From positions 180,188 to 244,187 of the forward strand of contig MKUP01000027.1 of assembly GCA_001898625.1 (NCBI GenBank): 64,000 nucleotides of DNA, in the 5' to 3' direction. Positions 9,790 to 19,049 of the stretch are shown piece after piece. The notes below the pieces were generated by a model, which was not told the DNA's origin, did no database searches, and was given only the letters and a program-made list of their open reading frames with translations. Position 1 is the stretch's first letter; each line of letters opens with the position of its first letter. The stretch comes from Burkholderiales bacterium 67-32 (GTDB lineage Bacteria > Pseudomonadota > Gammaproteobacteria > Burkholderiales > Burkholderiaceae_B). The position numbers were made by a program, and so were the translations under genes.

Positions 9790-10107
9790 ATGGTCTGGTG
9801 CCAGACGATCAAGTTCGAGGACGTACCCGAGGGCGATGCCGTCTCGGTGTGCGTCGAGGGCGAGCCCCTCGCACTGTACAAGCTGGACGGCCGCGTCCAT
9901 GCCACGCACGACATCTGCACGCACGCGAAGGCGCACCTGGCGGAGGGCTTCGTCAGCGGCGACTGCGTGGAGTGCCCCTTGCACGAAGGCGTGTTCCACA
10001 TTCCCACCGGCCGCCCGGTCTCGGGCCCGGTCAGCATTCCGATCCAGGTGTATCCGGTACGTATCGAGGAAGGCATGGTGCTGGTCGACGTGCCTCCCTC
10101 GGGCTGA
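9790..10107 (+). CDS. Rieske-type [2Fe-2S] ferredoxin
   Basis: 105 aa with the CTH...CPLH Rieske ligand pattern (CTHAKAH and CVECPLHEG). Confidence 0.9.
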   Translation: MVWCQTIKFEDVPEGDAVSVCVEGEPLALYKLDGRVHATHDICTHAKAHLAEGFVSGDCVECPLHEGVFHIPTGRPVSGPVSIPIQVYPVRIEEGMVLVDVPPSG

Positions 10108-10180
10108 CGCCCGCGCTGGCGTCCTGCAGCAAAGCGCGGGGGAGCGTCTTCCGCGTCCGTCCATATCTTGGGAGAGTCAA

Positions 10181-11152
10181 ATGCGTATCACGTCGTGTGC
10201 TGTGCTCCTGGCCTTTGGCTGCGTATCGACCGCCGTGGCAGCGGCCGACGCGGCGGTCGATTTCCCGTCCAAACCCTTGCGCTTCATCGTTCCCTTCACC
10301 CCGGGAACCGGCATGGACAACATCGCCAGGCTGGTCGGCGAAAAGCTGTTCGAAAGCTGGAAGCAGCCCGTCATCGTCGAGAACAAGACCGGCCTGGCCG
10401 GCCACCTGGGCGCCGAACAGGTGGCGCGCGCGGCGCCCGATGGCTACACACTGGTGGTGACCGCCAGCAATCTGGTCATCACGTCCATCCTGTACCCCTC
10501 GCCGACCTTCAACCCGATGAAGGACCTGACGCCGGTGATGATCGCCGCGCGCGGAACCAACTCGCTGGCGGTGAATCCCGGCAAGGGCTACCGGACCATG
10601 GCGGACCTGGTGGCGGCGGCCAAGGCCAATCCCGGCAAGATCAATTTCGCGTCAGCGGGCGTCGGATCGCCGTCGCACATCCTGCTGGCCGAGTTCGAGG
10701 ACGCCACGCATACCTCGTTCCTGCACGTGCCCTACAAAGGCACCGCGCCCGGCGTCAACGACGTGATCGCGGGGCACGTGGACGCCATGTTCGTCGCCAC
10801 CCATACGCTGCGGCCCTTCATCGAGTCCGGCCAACTGCGCAACCTGGGCGTATCGAGTTCCGAGCGCCAGCGCAGCGCGCCCGGCGTTCCGTCGTTCGAG
10901 GAACTGGGGATCCGGCCGGGTATGCCCGCCTGGTACGGCTTCCTGGCGCCCAAGGGGACGCCAACTGCCGTCATCGACAAGCTCAACAAGGAGATGACGC
11001 GCATCCTGGAGCTGCCCGACGTCAAGTCGGCCCTCGAGAAAACCGGGCTGGACGTGAAGCCGTCCTCGCCGCAGGCGTTGCAGGAGTTGATGGACATGCA
11101 ACTGGCCCGTTTCACCGACATCATCCGCAAGAACAACATCACGGCCAACTGA
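10181..11152 (+). CDS. Bug-family (tripartite tricarboxylate transporter) periplasmic solute-binding protein
   Basis: 323 aa. Signal peptide ending AVAAADA, then the family-typical FPSKPLRFIVPFTPGTG, ENKTGLAG, APDGYTL and HVPYKG. Confidence 0.9.
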   Translation: MRITSCAVLLAFGCVSTAVAAADAAVDFPSKPLRFIVPFTPGTGMDNIARLVGEKLFESWKQPVIVENKTGLAGHLGAEQVARAAPDGYTLVVTASNLVITSILYPSPTFNPMKDLTPVMIAARGTNSLAVNPGKGYRTMADLVAAAKANPGKINFASAGVGSPSHILLAEFEDATHTSFLHVPYKGTAPGVNDVIAGHVDAMFVATHTLRPFIESGQLRNLGVSSSERQRSAPGVPSFEELGIRPGMPAWYGFLAPKGTPTAVIDKLNKEMTRILELPDVKSALEKTGLDVKPSSPQALQELMDMQLARFTDIIRKNNITAN

Positions 11153-11169
11153 GCCGGGAGGACGCCGCC

Positions 11170-11946
11170 ATGGATGACACGTTCAAATGCGATGTGCCCG
11201 GCGATCCGGAGGAGTTCGCGGGCTCGGCCGTCGTCCTGGTGGGCGGCGCACTGGGGTCGGGGCCGGAACTGCTGAGGGCCTTCGCGGCGCGCGGCGCCAA
11301 GGTCGCGATCGGCGTGACCTCGGCCGAGGACGCGGCCCACGCGGCATCGGTGGCGCGCGCCTACGGCGTCGCCTGCCTGCCGGTGGACACGGATGACGAG
11401 GCCGAGGTCGAACGCTTCTTCGATGCCTGCATGGAGCGGCTCGGCGGGTTGGACATTCTCGTGAACGTGGCCGCGCCGGTCAGCACTGCGGATGCGCTGG
11501 ACATCCATGCGGCGCGCTACCGCGACGTGATCGAGCGGGAACTGGTGGGCCCCATCCTGTGCATACAGGCCGCGGCGCGCCGGATGAAGGAGCGCGGCGG
11601 CGGCCGCATCGTGTCCTTTTCCTCGATGTCGGGCAAGACCGGGGTGCACCGGCACGTGGCGCCCTATGCGGCGGCCAAGGGCGGGCTGATCGCCTATTCG
11701 CGGGTGATGGCGGCGGAGCTGGCGCCCCACGGCGTGACGGTCAACGTGATCGCCACGTCCCTGTTCGACGTGCAGGTGGCGGGCGCCAGCGAGGCCCGCA
11801 TGCAGGAAGTGGTCAAAGGTATTCCCGTCGGCCGTGTGGGCCGGTCCATCGAGGCGGCGCACGCGGTGTTCTACCTGGCCTCGCGCCATGGCGCGTACGT
11901 GACGGGCGAAACGTTGAACCTGTCGGGCGGCAGGTTCATGGATTAG
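11170..11946 (+). CDS. Short-chain dehydrogenase/reductase (candidate cis-diol dehydrogenase)
   Basis: 258 aa. Catalytic YAAAKGG (YxxxK) with an upstream Ser. The glycine-rich motif is degenerate (VGGALGSG). The gene lies between bug and the dioxygenase alpha subunit. Confidence 0.8.
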   Translation: MDDTFKCDVPGDPEEFAGSAVVLVGGALGSGPELLRAFAARGAKVAIGVTSAEDAAHAASVARAYGVACLPVDTDDEAEVERFFDACMERLGGLDILVNVAAPVSTADALDIHAARYRDVIERELVGPILCIQAAARRMKERGGGRIVSFSSMSGKTGVHRHVAPYAAAKGGLIAYSRVMAAELAPHGVTVNVIATSLFDVQVAGASEARMQEVVKGIPVGRVGRSIEAAHAVFYLASRHGAYVTGETLNLSGGRFMD

Positions 11947-11968
11947 TGGTTGGAGGATAGGAATCGAT

Positions 11969-13291
11969 ATGTCTGCGATGTTTGCAAGAGAGCATGAAGG
12001 CGGGGAGGCCGGCCTGGATCCGTCGTCGCTGATCTGGCAGGACGAACGCCATTTCCGCGTACACACGCGCGCCTATACCGATCAGGCGGTGTTCGACGCC
12101 GAGATGGCGCGCGTCTTCTCGAAGGTCTGGGTCTATGTCGGCCACGAAAGCGAGATCCCCAATCCGGGCGATTTCAAGACGGCCTACATCGGCACGCAGC
12201 CCGTCATCGTCTCGCGCGCGGCCGACGGCACGGTGCACGTGCTGGTCAATCGCTGCGTGCACCGCGGCGCGGTGATCGCGCGCGAGACCCGCGGCACGGT
12301 GCGCGATTTCACCTGCCCGTACCACGGCTGGGTATTCGGCCTGGACGGCAAACTGCTGGCGGTGTCCGAACGCAACGACTCGGGCGGCTATGCCCCCGAC
12401 TTCGACGCGCCCGAGGGCCTGCACCGGGTGCCGAAGGTCGATGCCTACCGGGGGTTGATCTTCGCCAACCTGGATCCGGACGCCGTCGATCTGGACACCT
12501 ACCTCGGGCGTGCCAAGAAGACCATAGACCGCAAGTTCGGCCGCTCGCCCGCGGGGCGCATCGCGCTGCGCGGCAAGCCGTTCGTCATGCGCTACCAGGG
12601 CAACTGGAAATTCCAGATCGAGAACATCGTCGATGCCTACCACTTCCTGCACACGCACAAGGGCTTCGTCGCCCTGCAGGCCAAGTACGGCGAAAGCACC
12701 GGCGACTACGGCGCGCACAAGGGCGGCTCGGCCAAGGCCATGCGCCAGATCCGGTTCAAGGGGGCGAGCTGGGCGCTGCGCCACGGCCATGCCCAGTTGG
12801 AGAATTCCGGCACGGCCGATCCCGAGGCCTTGCTGAACGGACCGCACCGCGCCTACTACGAGGCCCTGCGGGACATCCACGGCGAAGAGGAATTCGCGTT
12901 CGTGGTCGGGCGCATGTCGGGCACGATCTTTCCCAACCTGGGTCTCATCCACCAGCAGATCCGCACCTGGCGCCCGATCGCGCCGGACCTGACCGAGGTC
13001 ACCATCTACCTCTACGACCTGGTCGATGCGCCGCACGAGTTCAACGAGGGATGGATGCGCAGCCAGGAGCGCTTCTACGGGCCGGCCGGCCACGGTATGG
13101 CCGATGACGTGGACATCTTCGCGCGCAACCAGCAGGGGCTGGCGGGTAGCGCGGTGGATTGGCTGGTGCTGGAGCGCGGGCTGCAGACGGACGAGAAGCT
13201 GGCGAGCGGCGACATCAAGGGCCTGCCGGCCAGCGAGGCCCCCCAGCGCGCGCTGTGGCTGGCGTGGAAGCAACTGATGGCGCGACGCTGA
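11969..13291 (+). CDS. Rieske non-heme iron ring-hydroxylating dioxygenase, alpha subunit
   Basis: 440 aa. Rieske CVHRG...CPYHGW, and a mononuclear iron motif in NWKFQIENIVDAYHFLHTH. Confidence 0.92.
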   Translation: MSAMFAREHEGGEAGLDPSSLIWQDERHFRVHTRAYTDQAVFDAEMARVFSKVWVYVGHESEIPNPGDFKTAYIGTQPVIVSRAADGTVHVLVNRCVHRGAVIARETRGTVRDFTCPYHGWVFGLDGKLLAVSERNDSGGYAPDFDAPEGLHRVPKVDAYRGLIFANLDPDAVDLDTYLGRAKKTIDRKFGRSPAGRIALRGKPFVMRYQGNWKFQIENIVDAYHFLHTHKGFVALQAKYGESTGDYGAHKGGSAKAMRQIRFKGASWALRHGHAQLENSGTADPEALLNGPHRAYYEALRDIHGEEEFAFVVGRMSGTIFPNLGLIHQQIRTWRPIAPDLTEVTIYLYDLVDAPHEFNEGWMRSQERFYGPAGHGMADDVDIFARNQQGLAGSAVDWLVLERGLQTDEKLASGDIKGLPASEAPQRALWLAWKQLMARR

Positions 13292-13304
13292 GGAGACCGG
13301 GCGC

Positions 13305-13808
13305 ATGCATTTCCCCACTACATTGACCCGCGCGGATGCGGAAACCCTGCTGATACACGAAGCGGACCTGCTCGACACCCGACAGTTGGACGACTGGCTC
13401 AAGCTCTTTGCCGACGACGGGCTGTACTGGATACCGCTGGACCCGGCCGAGGAGCCGGGCCAGAACGCCGCCATCGTCTACGACGACACGCTGCGCCGGG
13501 AAGAGCGGGTCTATCACCTGCTGCACGTGGACTTTCCCGCGCAGTCGCCGCCGTCGCGCACCCTGCACCTGATCGGCAACGTGCGCGTGCAGGAGCACGC
13601 CCAAGGCTTCCTGGTGAAATCCAACCAGGTGATCTACGAGATGCGTACCGGCGACAGCGCGCAGGTCGGCATCGGCGAGATCCAGCCGCTGGTGACGATG
13701 ATGGAGCACATCTGCCGCCCGACCGCCGAGGGCATGCGGATCGTCCGCAAGACCATCATGCTGATGAACCACGATGCGTGGCTGGGCAACCTGACCTTCC
13801 TGCTATGA
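13305..13808 (+). CDS. Ring-hydroxylating dioxygenase, beta subunit (NTF2/SnoaL-like)
   Basis: 167 aa. N-terminal LLIHEADLLDTRQLDDWLKLFADDGLYWIP is typical of RHO beta subunits. Immediately follows the alpha subunit. Confidence 0.88.
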   Translation: MHFPTTLTRADAETLLIHEADLLDTRQLDDWLKLFADDGLYWIPLDPAEEPGQNAAIVYDDTLRREERVYHLLHVDFPAQSPPSRTLHLIGNVRVQEHAQGFLVKSNQVIYEMRTGDSAQVGIGEIQPLVTMMEHICRPTAEGMRIVRKTIMLMNHDAWLGNLTFLL

Positions 13809-14993
13809 CGCGGGATTCGGGCCGTCGTCCAGGCCCAGTTCCCGGAGTATCTCTTCCGTGTGTTGCCCGAGTCCCGGCGCGCCCCGCCGGTACGACGGCG
13901 GCGTGGCGCTCCAGCGCGCGGGAAAGCCCGGCATGCGCAGTTGCCCTTGCGTGGGGTGCGGTGCGGAGATGAAGAAGTCCACCGCCGCCAGGTGCGGGTC
14001 GTTTACCAGGTCGGCGATGTCCCGCACCGGCGCCGCCGGCACCTCGGCTTCTTCCAGCAGCGCCAGCCAGCGCGCGGTGGTGTCGCCGGCGAACAGCTCC
14101 CGCAACTGGCGGTCTACGGCCTGCGCCTCGCGGGCGCGCGCGGCGCGGGTGGCGAACGAGGGATGGGCCAGCAGGTCGGCCCGGCCCGCCGCGTCGAGGA
14201 ACTTGCGCCACTGGCGGTCGGTGTTGATGGCGGCGCACAGGTGGCCGTCCGCCGTGCGGAAGTAGGTGCGCTGGCCGTTCAGGTAGCGGTCGTATCCGGG
14301 CGCCGATTCGGGCGGATCGAAGACGCTGCCTATCATGTGGTCGGCCAGCACCAGTTGCGCGATCACTTCGAACATCGGGATTTCCAGCTTCTGCCCCGTG
14401 CCGTCGCGGGTGACGGCGGCCAGCGCGGCGCCGATGCAGAACGCGGCATAGAGGCCGGCGTAGCGGTCGGCCAGTGGAAACGGACACGACTGCGGCATGC
14501 CGTCGCGCTCGCGCGCCCGGGCTGCCGCCAGCCCGGTCATGGCCTGGATCACTTCGTCGAATGCCGGCCGTCCGGCATAGGGGCCGTCCTCGCCGAAGCC
14601 CGAGCAGCTCACGTAGACCACCTTGGGATTCACGCGCCGGATGCTGTCGTAGTCCAGGCCCAGGCGCTCCAGCGCCTGCGGGCGCATGTTGCTGACGAAC
14701 GCGTCGCACCAGGCGATCAGCCGCTCCAGCACCCGCCGCGATGTCTCCTGCTTCAGGTCCAGCGCCATGCTGCGCTTGTTGCGGTTCAACTGCAGGAAGG
14801 AGGGACCCATGTCGTTCGTGCGGCGCGGTCCCACGGCTCGCATGGGGTCGCCCTCCGGTGCCTCCAGCTTGATGACGTCGGCGCCGTGGTCGGCCAGCAT
14901 CTGGGTGCAGAAGGGCCCCAGGATGACCCAGGTCAGATCCAGGACCTTGACGCCGGCCAGCGGGCCGCTGCGCGGCGTGTCTGCGAGTGTCAA
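13803..14993 (-). CDS. Family III (CaiB/BaiF) CoA-transferase
   Basis: 396 aa. GVKVLDLTWVILGPFCTQMLADHGADVIKLE is the family-typical N-terminus. Its 3' end overlaps the RHO beta 3' end by 6 nt (convergent). Confidence 0.9.
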   Translation of the reverse strand: MTLADTPRSGPLAGVKVLDLTWVILGPFCTQMLADHGADVIKLEAPEGDPMRAVGPRRTNDMGPSFLQLNRNKRSMALDLKQETSRRVLERLIAWCDAFVSNMRPQALERLGLDYDSIRRVNPKVVYVSCSGFGEDGPYAGRPAFDEVIQAMTGLAAARARERDGMPQSCPFPLADRYAGLYAAFCIGAALAAVTRDGTGQKLEIPMFEVIAQLVLADHMIGSVFDPPESAPGYDRYLNGQRTYFRTADGHLCAAINTDRQWRKFLDAAGRADLLAHPSFATRAARAREAQAVDRQLRELFAGDTTARWLALLEEAEVPAAPVRDIADLVNDPHLAAVDFFISAPHPTQGQLRMPGFPARWSATPPSYRRGAPGLGQHTEEILRELGLDDGPNPAS

Positions 14994-15018
14994 CTATGTC
15001 TCCTGCTTCGGGTGCGTA

Positions 15019-15963
15019 TCAGGATTTGCCCAGGGCCAGGAAGCGCGTACGCGCCGCCTGGAATTCGTCTTCCAGCCAATCCACGACCTGCGCGACCGGC
15101 GCGATGTCCCGCACGGCGCCCAGCCCCTGGCCCGCCGACCAGACGTCTTTCCACCGCCGGGTTTCCTTGCTGCGGCCGCTGTCGTAGACGCGCTCCTTGG
15201 GCGAGGGCAGATTGGCCGGATCCAGGCCGCACTGCGCCAGCGAGGGCACCAGCCAGGAGGCCGGCGTGCCGGTGATGGCGTCGCTAACGATCAGGTCACC
15301 GATGCCACAGTCGGCGACCATGCGCTTGTGCGCCTCGGCGGCGATGCTTTCCTTGGTCGCCAGGAAGCGTGTGCCCATGTAGACGAAGTCCGCGCCGGCC
15401 GCCAGCGCGCCGGCGATGCCCCAGCCGTCGGCGATGCCGCCGCCCGCGACGATGTAGCCGTCGAAGCAGGCGCGCACCGCGGACACGAAGGCGAACGGCG
15501 ACAACTGCCCCGTGTGTCCGCCCGCACCGGCGCAGACGCAGACCAGGCCGTCCACCCCGGCCTCGGCGGCCTTGCGCGCCAGCCGCAGGTCGATGACGTC
15601 GGCGAACACCAGGCCGCCGTAGCCGTGCACGGTTTCCATGACCGGGCGCGGGCTGCCCAGCGAGGTGATGACGATGGGCGGGCGAAAGCGCCGGACCTGT
15701 TCCAGGTCGCCGGGCAGACGGGTATTGGTGGAATGCGTGATCAGGTTCGCCGCCCAGGGCAGCGCGCCGGACGTGCCATGGGAGCCCAGGGCGTCGCTGA
15801 TCCGTCGCAGCCAATCGCCGTAGTCCTCGCTGGTGCGGACGTTGTTGTTGGGAAAGGCGCCGATGATGCCGGCCCGGGCGGCGGCGATGACCAGTTCCGG
15901 TCCGGACACCAGGAACATGGGGGCGGCGAAGACCGGAAGGCGTAGACCTGCGAGGAAGCTCAT
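15019..15963 (-). CDS. Nitronate monooxygenase / 2-nitropropane dioxygenase family FMN oxidoreductase
   Basis: 314 aa. PVFAAPMFLVSGPELVIAAARAGIIGAFP, then GAGGHTG and GGIADG motifs of the NMO/FabK-like TIM-barrel family. Confidence 0.85.
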   Translation of the reverse strand: MSFLAGLRLPVFAAPMFLVSGPELVIAAARAGIIGAFPNNNVRTSEDYGDWLRRISDALGSHGTSGALPWAANLITHSTNTRLPGDLEQVRRFRPPIVITSLGSPRPVMETVHGYGGLVFADVIDLRLARKAAEAGVDGLVCVCAGAGGHTGQLSPFAFVSAVRACFDGYIVAGGGIADGWGIAGALAAGADFVYMGTRFLATKESIAAEAHKRMVADCGIGDLIVSDAITGTPASWLVPSLAQCGLDPANLPSPKERVYDSGRSKETRRWKDVWSAGQGLGAVRDIAPVAQVVDWLEDEFQAARTRFLALGKS

Positions 15964-16032
15964 GGTGCTCCTGGACTGGCGTGGCGTGTCCGGGCTGGGA
16001 TCGCCCCGGTCTGGTCGATGGAAGTCTTGTCT

Positions 16033-16049
16033 GAAATGTATGTACTTTT
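16033..16049. promoter_or_regulatory. Loose copy of the AT-rich motif (gaaatgtatgtactttt)
   Basis: Shares the AAATGTAT core with the other three sites. Lies about 70-85 nt upstream of the 15963 start codon (minus strand). Confidence 0.3.
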
Positions 16050-16117
16050 ATTTTTATGGTCAATATTTATCGGCAAATTCTAGGTATTTAACCTAGGATT
16101 TATCTTAATTGGCTTTT

Positions 16118-16134
16118 AAAAATGTATTCATTTT
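16118..16134. promoter_or_regulatory. Candidate operator, exact repeat of motif copy 1 (aaaaatgtattcatttt)
   Basis: 17/17 identical to 6062-6078. Lies in the AT-rich region upstream of the minus-strand NMO/CoA-transferase operon. Confidence 0.55.
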
Positions 16135-16214
16135 AAGGGCCGGGCGAACAAAGTCCGGGGGGCATGGCAAGCAAGCGGAGGGGAGAGAAGCCGCCGGAGG
16201 CAGTGCGAGGCGGC

Positions 16215-17324
16215 CTACGCGGGGTAGTAGGCGCCCAGCACGCGGGGGCCGGCCGCGCCGGTCACGGGGGGCAGGTTGCCGGGCAGGCCGGCAACGTGGC
16301 GATGGGCCAGCCAGGCGAAGGCCAGCGCCTCCATCTGCTGGGCCGGCACGCCGGCGTCGTCGCTGGGCGCCACGGGGCAGGGCAAGGCGTCGGCCAGGGC
16401 CCGCATCAGGCCGCCGTTGCGCGCGCCGCCGCCGCAGACCCAGGCCTGTTGGCAGGCGGGCAACTGGCGGTGGATCTCGCGCGCCACCGTCTCGACGGTC
16501 AAGGCCTGCAGCGTGGCCTGCACGTCGGCCGGGGCCAGCGTGCCGTGGCGGGCCTGCCAGGCCTGCAAACGCTGGTCCAGCCACGCGGCGTTGAACAGGT
16601 CGCGCCCCGTGGACTTGGGCGGCGGCGCCGCCAGCCACGGTTCGGAGGCAATGAGTTCCGCCAGCAGGTCCGGCCGCGCGGTACCGGAGGCGGCGTAGCG
16701 GCCGTCTTCATCGTAGTCCCGGCCGGTGTGCCGGGCGCACCAGGCGTCCAGCAGCAGGTTGGCGGGGCCGGTGTCGTAGCCCACGACCCCGGCGGGCGAT
16801 AGCAGCGTGACGTTGGCGATGCCGCCCAGGTTGACCACGGCCTGCGGCCGGTCGGTGCCGAACACCGCCGCGTGGAAGGCCGGCGCCAGCGGGGCGCCAT
16901 GGCCGCCCGCGGCCACGTCGCGGCTGCGCAGGTCGGCCACGACCGCGATGCCGGCCAATTCGGCCAACCGGGCGGGGGCGTTCAATTGCACGGTATAGCC
17001 GGCATCGGGACGATGGCGGATAGTCTGGCCGTGGGCGCCGATCGCGCGGACTTGCGCGGGGTCCAGGCCGGCCCGTGCCAGCAGTTCGGCGACGACCCGG
17101 GCATACAGGTCCGCCAGGGCCAGTCCCGCCTGCGACATCCTGTGGATTTCGTCCGGGCCCGGCGTGTTCAGGGCCAGCAGTTCGGCGCGCAAGGCCTGCG
17201 GCATGGCGACGTCGGCGTGCGCCAGGATGCGGGGGCGGCCGCCGTCGAATACGGCGGCCACGCCGTCCACACCGTCCAGGCTGGTTCCCGACATCAGGCC
17301 GATGTACGGTTCCGCCCCGGGCAT
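16215..17324 (-). CDS. anmK: Anhydro-N-acetylmuramic acid kinase
   Basis: 369 aa with the N-terminal [14 protein letters not shown] signature. Confidence 0.93.
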   Translation of the reverse strand: MPGAEPYIGLMSGTSLDGVDGVAAVFDGGRPRILAHADVAMPQALRAELLALNTPGPDEIHRMSQAGLALADLYARVVAELLARAGLDPAQVRAIGAHGQTIRHRPDAGYTVQLNAPARLAELAGIAVVADLRSRDVAAGGHGAPLAPAFHAAVFGTDRPQAVVNLGGIANVTLLSPAGVVGYDTGPANLLLDAWCARHTGRDYDEDGRYAASGTARPDLLAELIASEPWLAAPPPKSTGRDLFNAAWLDQRLQAWQARHGTLAPADVQATLQALTVETVAREIHRQLPACQQAWVCGGGARNGGLMRALADALPCPVAPSDDAGVPAQQMEALAFAWLAHRHVAGLPGNLPPVTGAAGPRVLGAYYPA

Positions 17325-17334
17325 GGCGGGCGCC

Positions 17335-18786
17335 TTACTGGCTGGCCAGCGACGTGTCGCCCGCCGGCATGCTGTAGTCCTTCAACTGGGCGAGCAGCGA
17401 CATCTGGTGGCGCAGCGGGTCGGTCTGCTGCTTGAACAGGGCGAGGCCGCGGGCATTGAGCTCGGGGGCCTGCGGCAGGGCGACGGTGAGCGGGTCGACC
17501 GGCTTGCCGGCGATGCGGAACTCGTAGTGCAGGTGCGGGCCGGTGGCCCAGCCGGTCGAACCGACGCGGCCGATGAACTGGCCCTGGCTGATGCGGGCGC
17601 CCTTGGACAGGCCCGGCGCGAACGCGCTCATGTGGGCGTACAGCGTGGAGTACTGGCCGTGGTGGCGGACCACGACCACGTTGCCGTAGCCGTTCTGCTT
17701 GCCGATGAAGTCGATGGTGCCGTCGGCGGTGCTGCGGATGGGCGTGCCGGTGGGCGCGCCGTAGTCCACGCCCTTGTGTTCGCGCCAGGTCTTCAGGATG
17801 GGGTGGAAGCGGCGCGAGAAGCCGGAGGTGACCCGGGTGAATTCCATGGGCGCGCGCAGGAAGGCCTTGCGCAGGCTCTTGCCGTCGAACGTGTAGTAGC
17901 CGCCGCTGACGCCCGACTGCTGGTCGAACCAGATGGCCTGGTAGGGCGTGCCCTTGTTGACGAACTCGAGCGCGATGACCTTGCCGGCCCGCACGTAGTT
18001 GCCCTGGTGCGTATAGGTTTCGTAGACCACGTTGAAGTGGTCGCCGCGGCGCAGGTCGCGGTGGAAGTCGATGTCGCCCGACAGGATCTCGGCGATCTGG
18101 GTGGCGACGCTGTCGGGGATGTTGGCGGCGTCGGTGGCGCCGAACAGCGAACTGTAGATCTCGCCGTGGGCGATGCGGGTCTCGCGTTCGGTGTCGAGTT
18201 GCACGTCGCGGGCGGACAGGCCCTGCGCCGAGCGCTCGATCTGCAGCATGCGCGAGACGACCTTGTCGCCGGACTCGGCGCCCGGGGTGTGGATGTAGCG
18301 CAGCCAGCGGACCTCGCCCAGCGCGTCGGTGGACGCCTGGACCACGCGGCCGGGGTAGAGCTGGTAGAAGCTGCGGGCGTCGGGTGAGGTGCGGATGAAG
18401 CGTTCGAGCTCGGGGTCGTCCACGCCCAGGCGGTTCAGCAGCGTGGCGACCGAGTCGCCGCGCTGGACGCGTTCCTCGCGGATGAAGTCCGGCGCCTTGG
18501 CCTCCTGCTCGGCAACCTGCCCGGACAGGTCCGGCAGGGCCAGCGACTCGACGATGCGGGTCGTGGGCAGCATGGAGGCGTCGGGTGCCAGAGGCGCGAC
18601 GCCGATGGCGGCGGCGGTGACGAACAGGCCGGCGGCGCCGGTGCCGATGACGATGCGGCGTTTCTGCGGCGACGAGGTGATGGTCAGGGTGGCGGGATGG
18701 GAGGTGATGCGGGAGAGGGTTTGTTGCACCGCTGCGGCGATGCGCTTGAGCATCGCGCCGGCGATGCCGGAAAACTTACGGTTCAT
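17335..18786 (-). CDS. M23 family murein DD-endopeptidase (MepM/YebA-like) with an N-terminal membrane anchor
   Basis: 483 aa. [14 protein letters not shown] and [14 protein letters not shown] zinc-ligand motifs. Has a TM helix and an OapA/LysM-like segment ([14 protein letters not shown]). Confidence 0.9.
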   Translation of the reverse strand: MNRKFSGIAGAMLKRIAAAVQQTLSRITSHPATLTITSSPQKRRIVIGTGAAGLFVTAAAIGVAPLAPDASMLPTTRIVESLALPDLSGQVAEQEAKAPDFIREERVQRGDSVATLLNRLGVDDPELERFIRTSPDARSFYQLYPGRVVQASTDALGEVRWLRYIHTPGAESGDKVVSRMLQIERSAQGLSARDVQLDTERETRIAHGEIYSSLFGATDAANIPDSVATQIAEILSGDIDFHRDLRRGDHFNVVYETYTHQGNYVRAGKVIALEFVNKGTPYQAIWFDQQSGVSGGYYTFDGKSLRKAFLRAPMEFTRVTSGFSRRFHPILKTWREHKGVDYGAPTGTPIRSTADGTIDFIGKQNGYGNVVVVRHHGQYSTLYAHMSAFAPGLSKGARISQGQFIGRVGSTGWATGPHLHYEFRIAGKPVDPLTVALPQAPELNARGLALFKQQTDPLRHQMSLLAQLKDYSMPAGDTSLASQ

Positions 18787-19049
18787 GCGGCCTGGCCCCT
18801 GGGGTCGGTTGGGCTAGAATTGCTTCGGAGTGCGGGTCCGGAGCGCGGCGTGTCTCGGGTTCCGTTGTATTGCCGCAACTTTGTTGCGAAGCACAAATAG
18901 CGTCGCTGGGCTCGATTCATGAACCGAACCCGCGCCTTCATATTTGTAACAACGGAGTGTCGCCGAAACGGGCCGAGTATATAGAAACTCCCCCAGGCCT
19001 GCCAATACGATTGTTTACACTTGACACACTTTCCAGAGCTGTCCGCGCC

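Noticed and set aside
16080-16096. Small palindrome ctaggt-attta-acctag in the NMO upstream region as a separate operator
   Set aside because: It has only 6-bp arms in A/T-rich DNA, is not repeated at the 6-kb locus, and is indistinguishable from chance.
18787-19049. 263-nt tyrS leader as a possible T-box, attenuator or small RNA
   Set aside because: There is no T-box specifier/antiterminator architecture, which is not expected in Proteobacteria anyway. There is no leader peptide with Tyr codons, and only short 5-bp hairpins. It is most simply a divergent promoter region for tyrS and the M23 peptidase operon.
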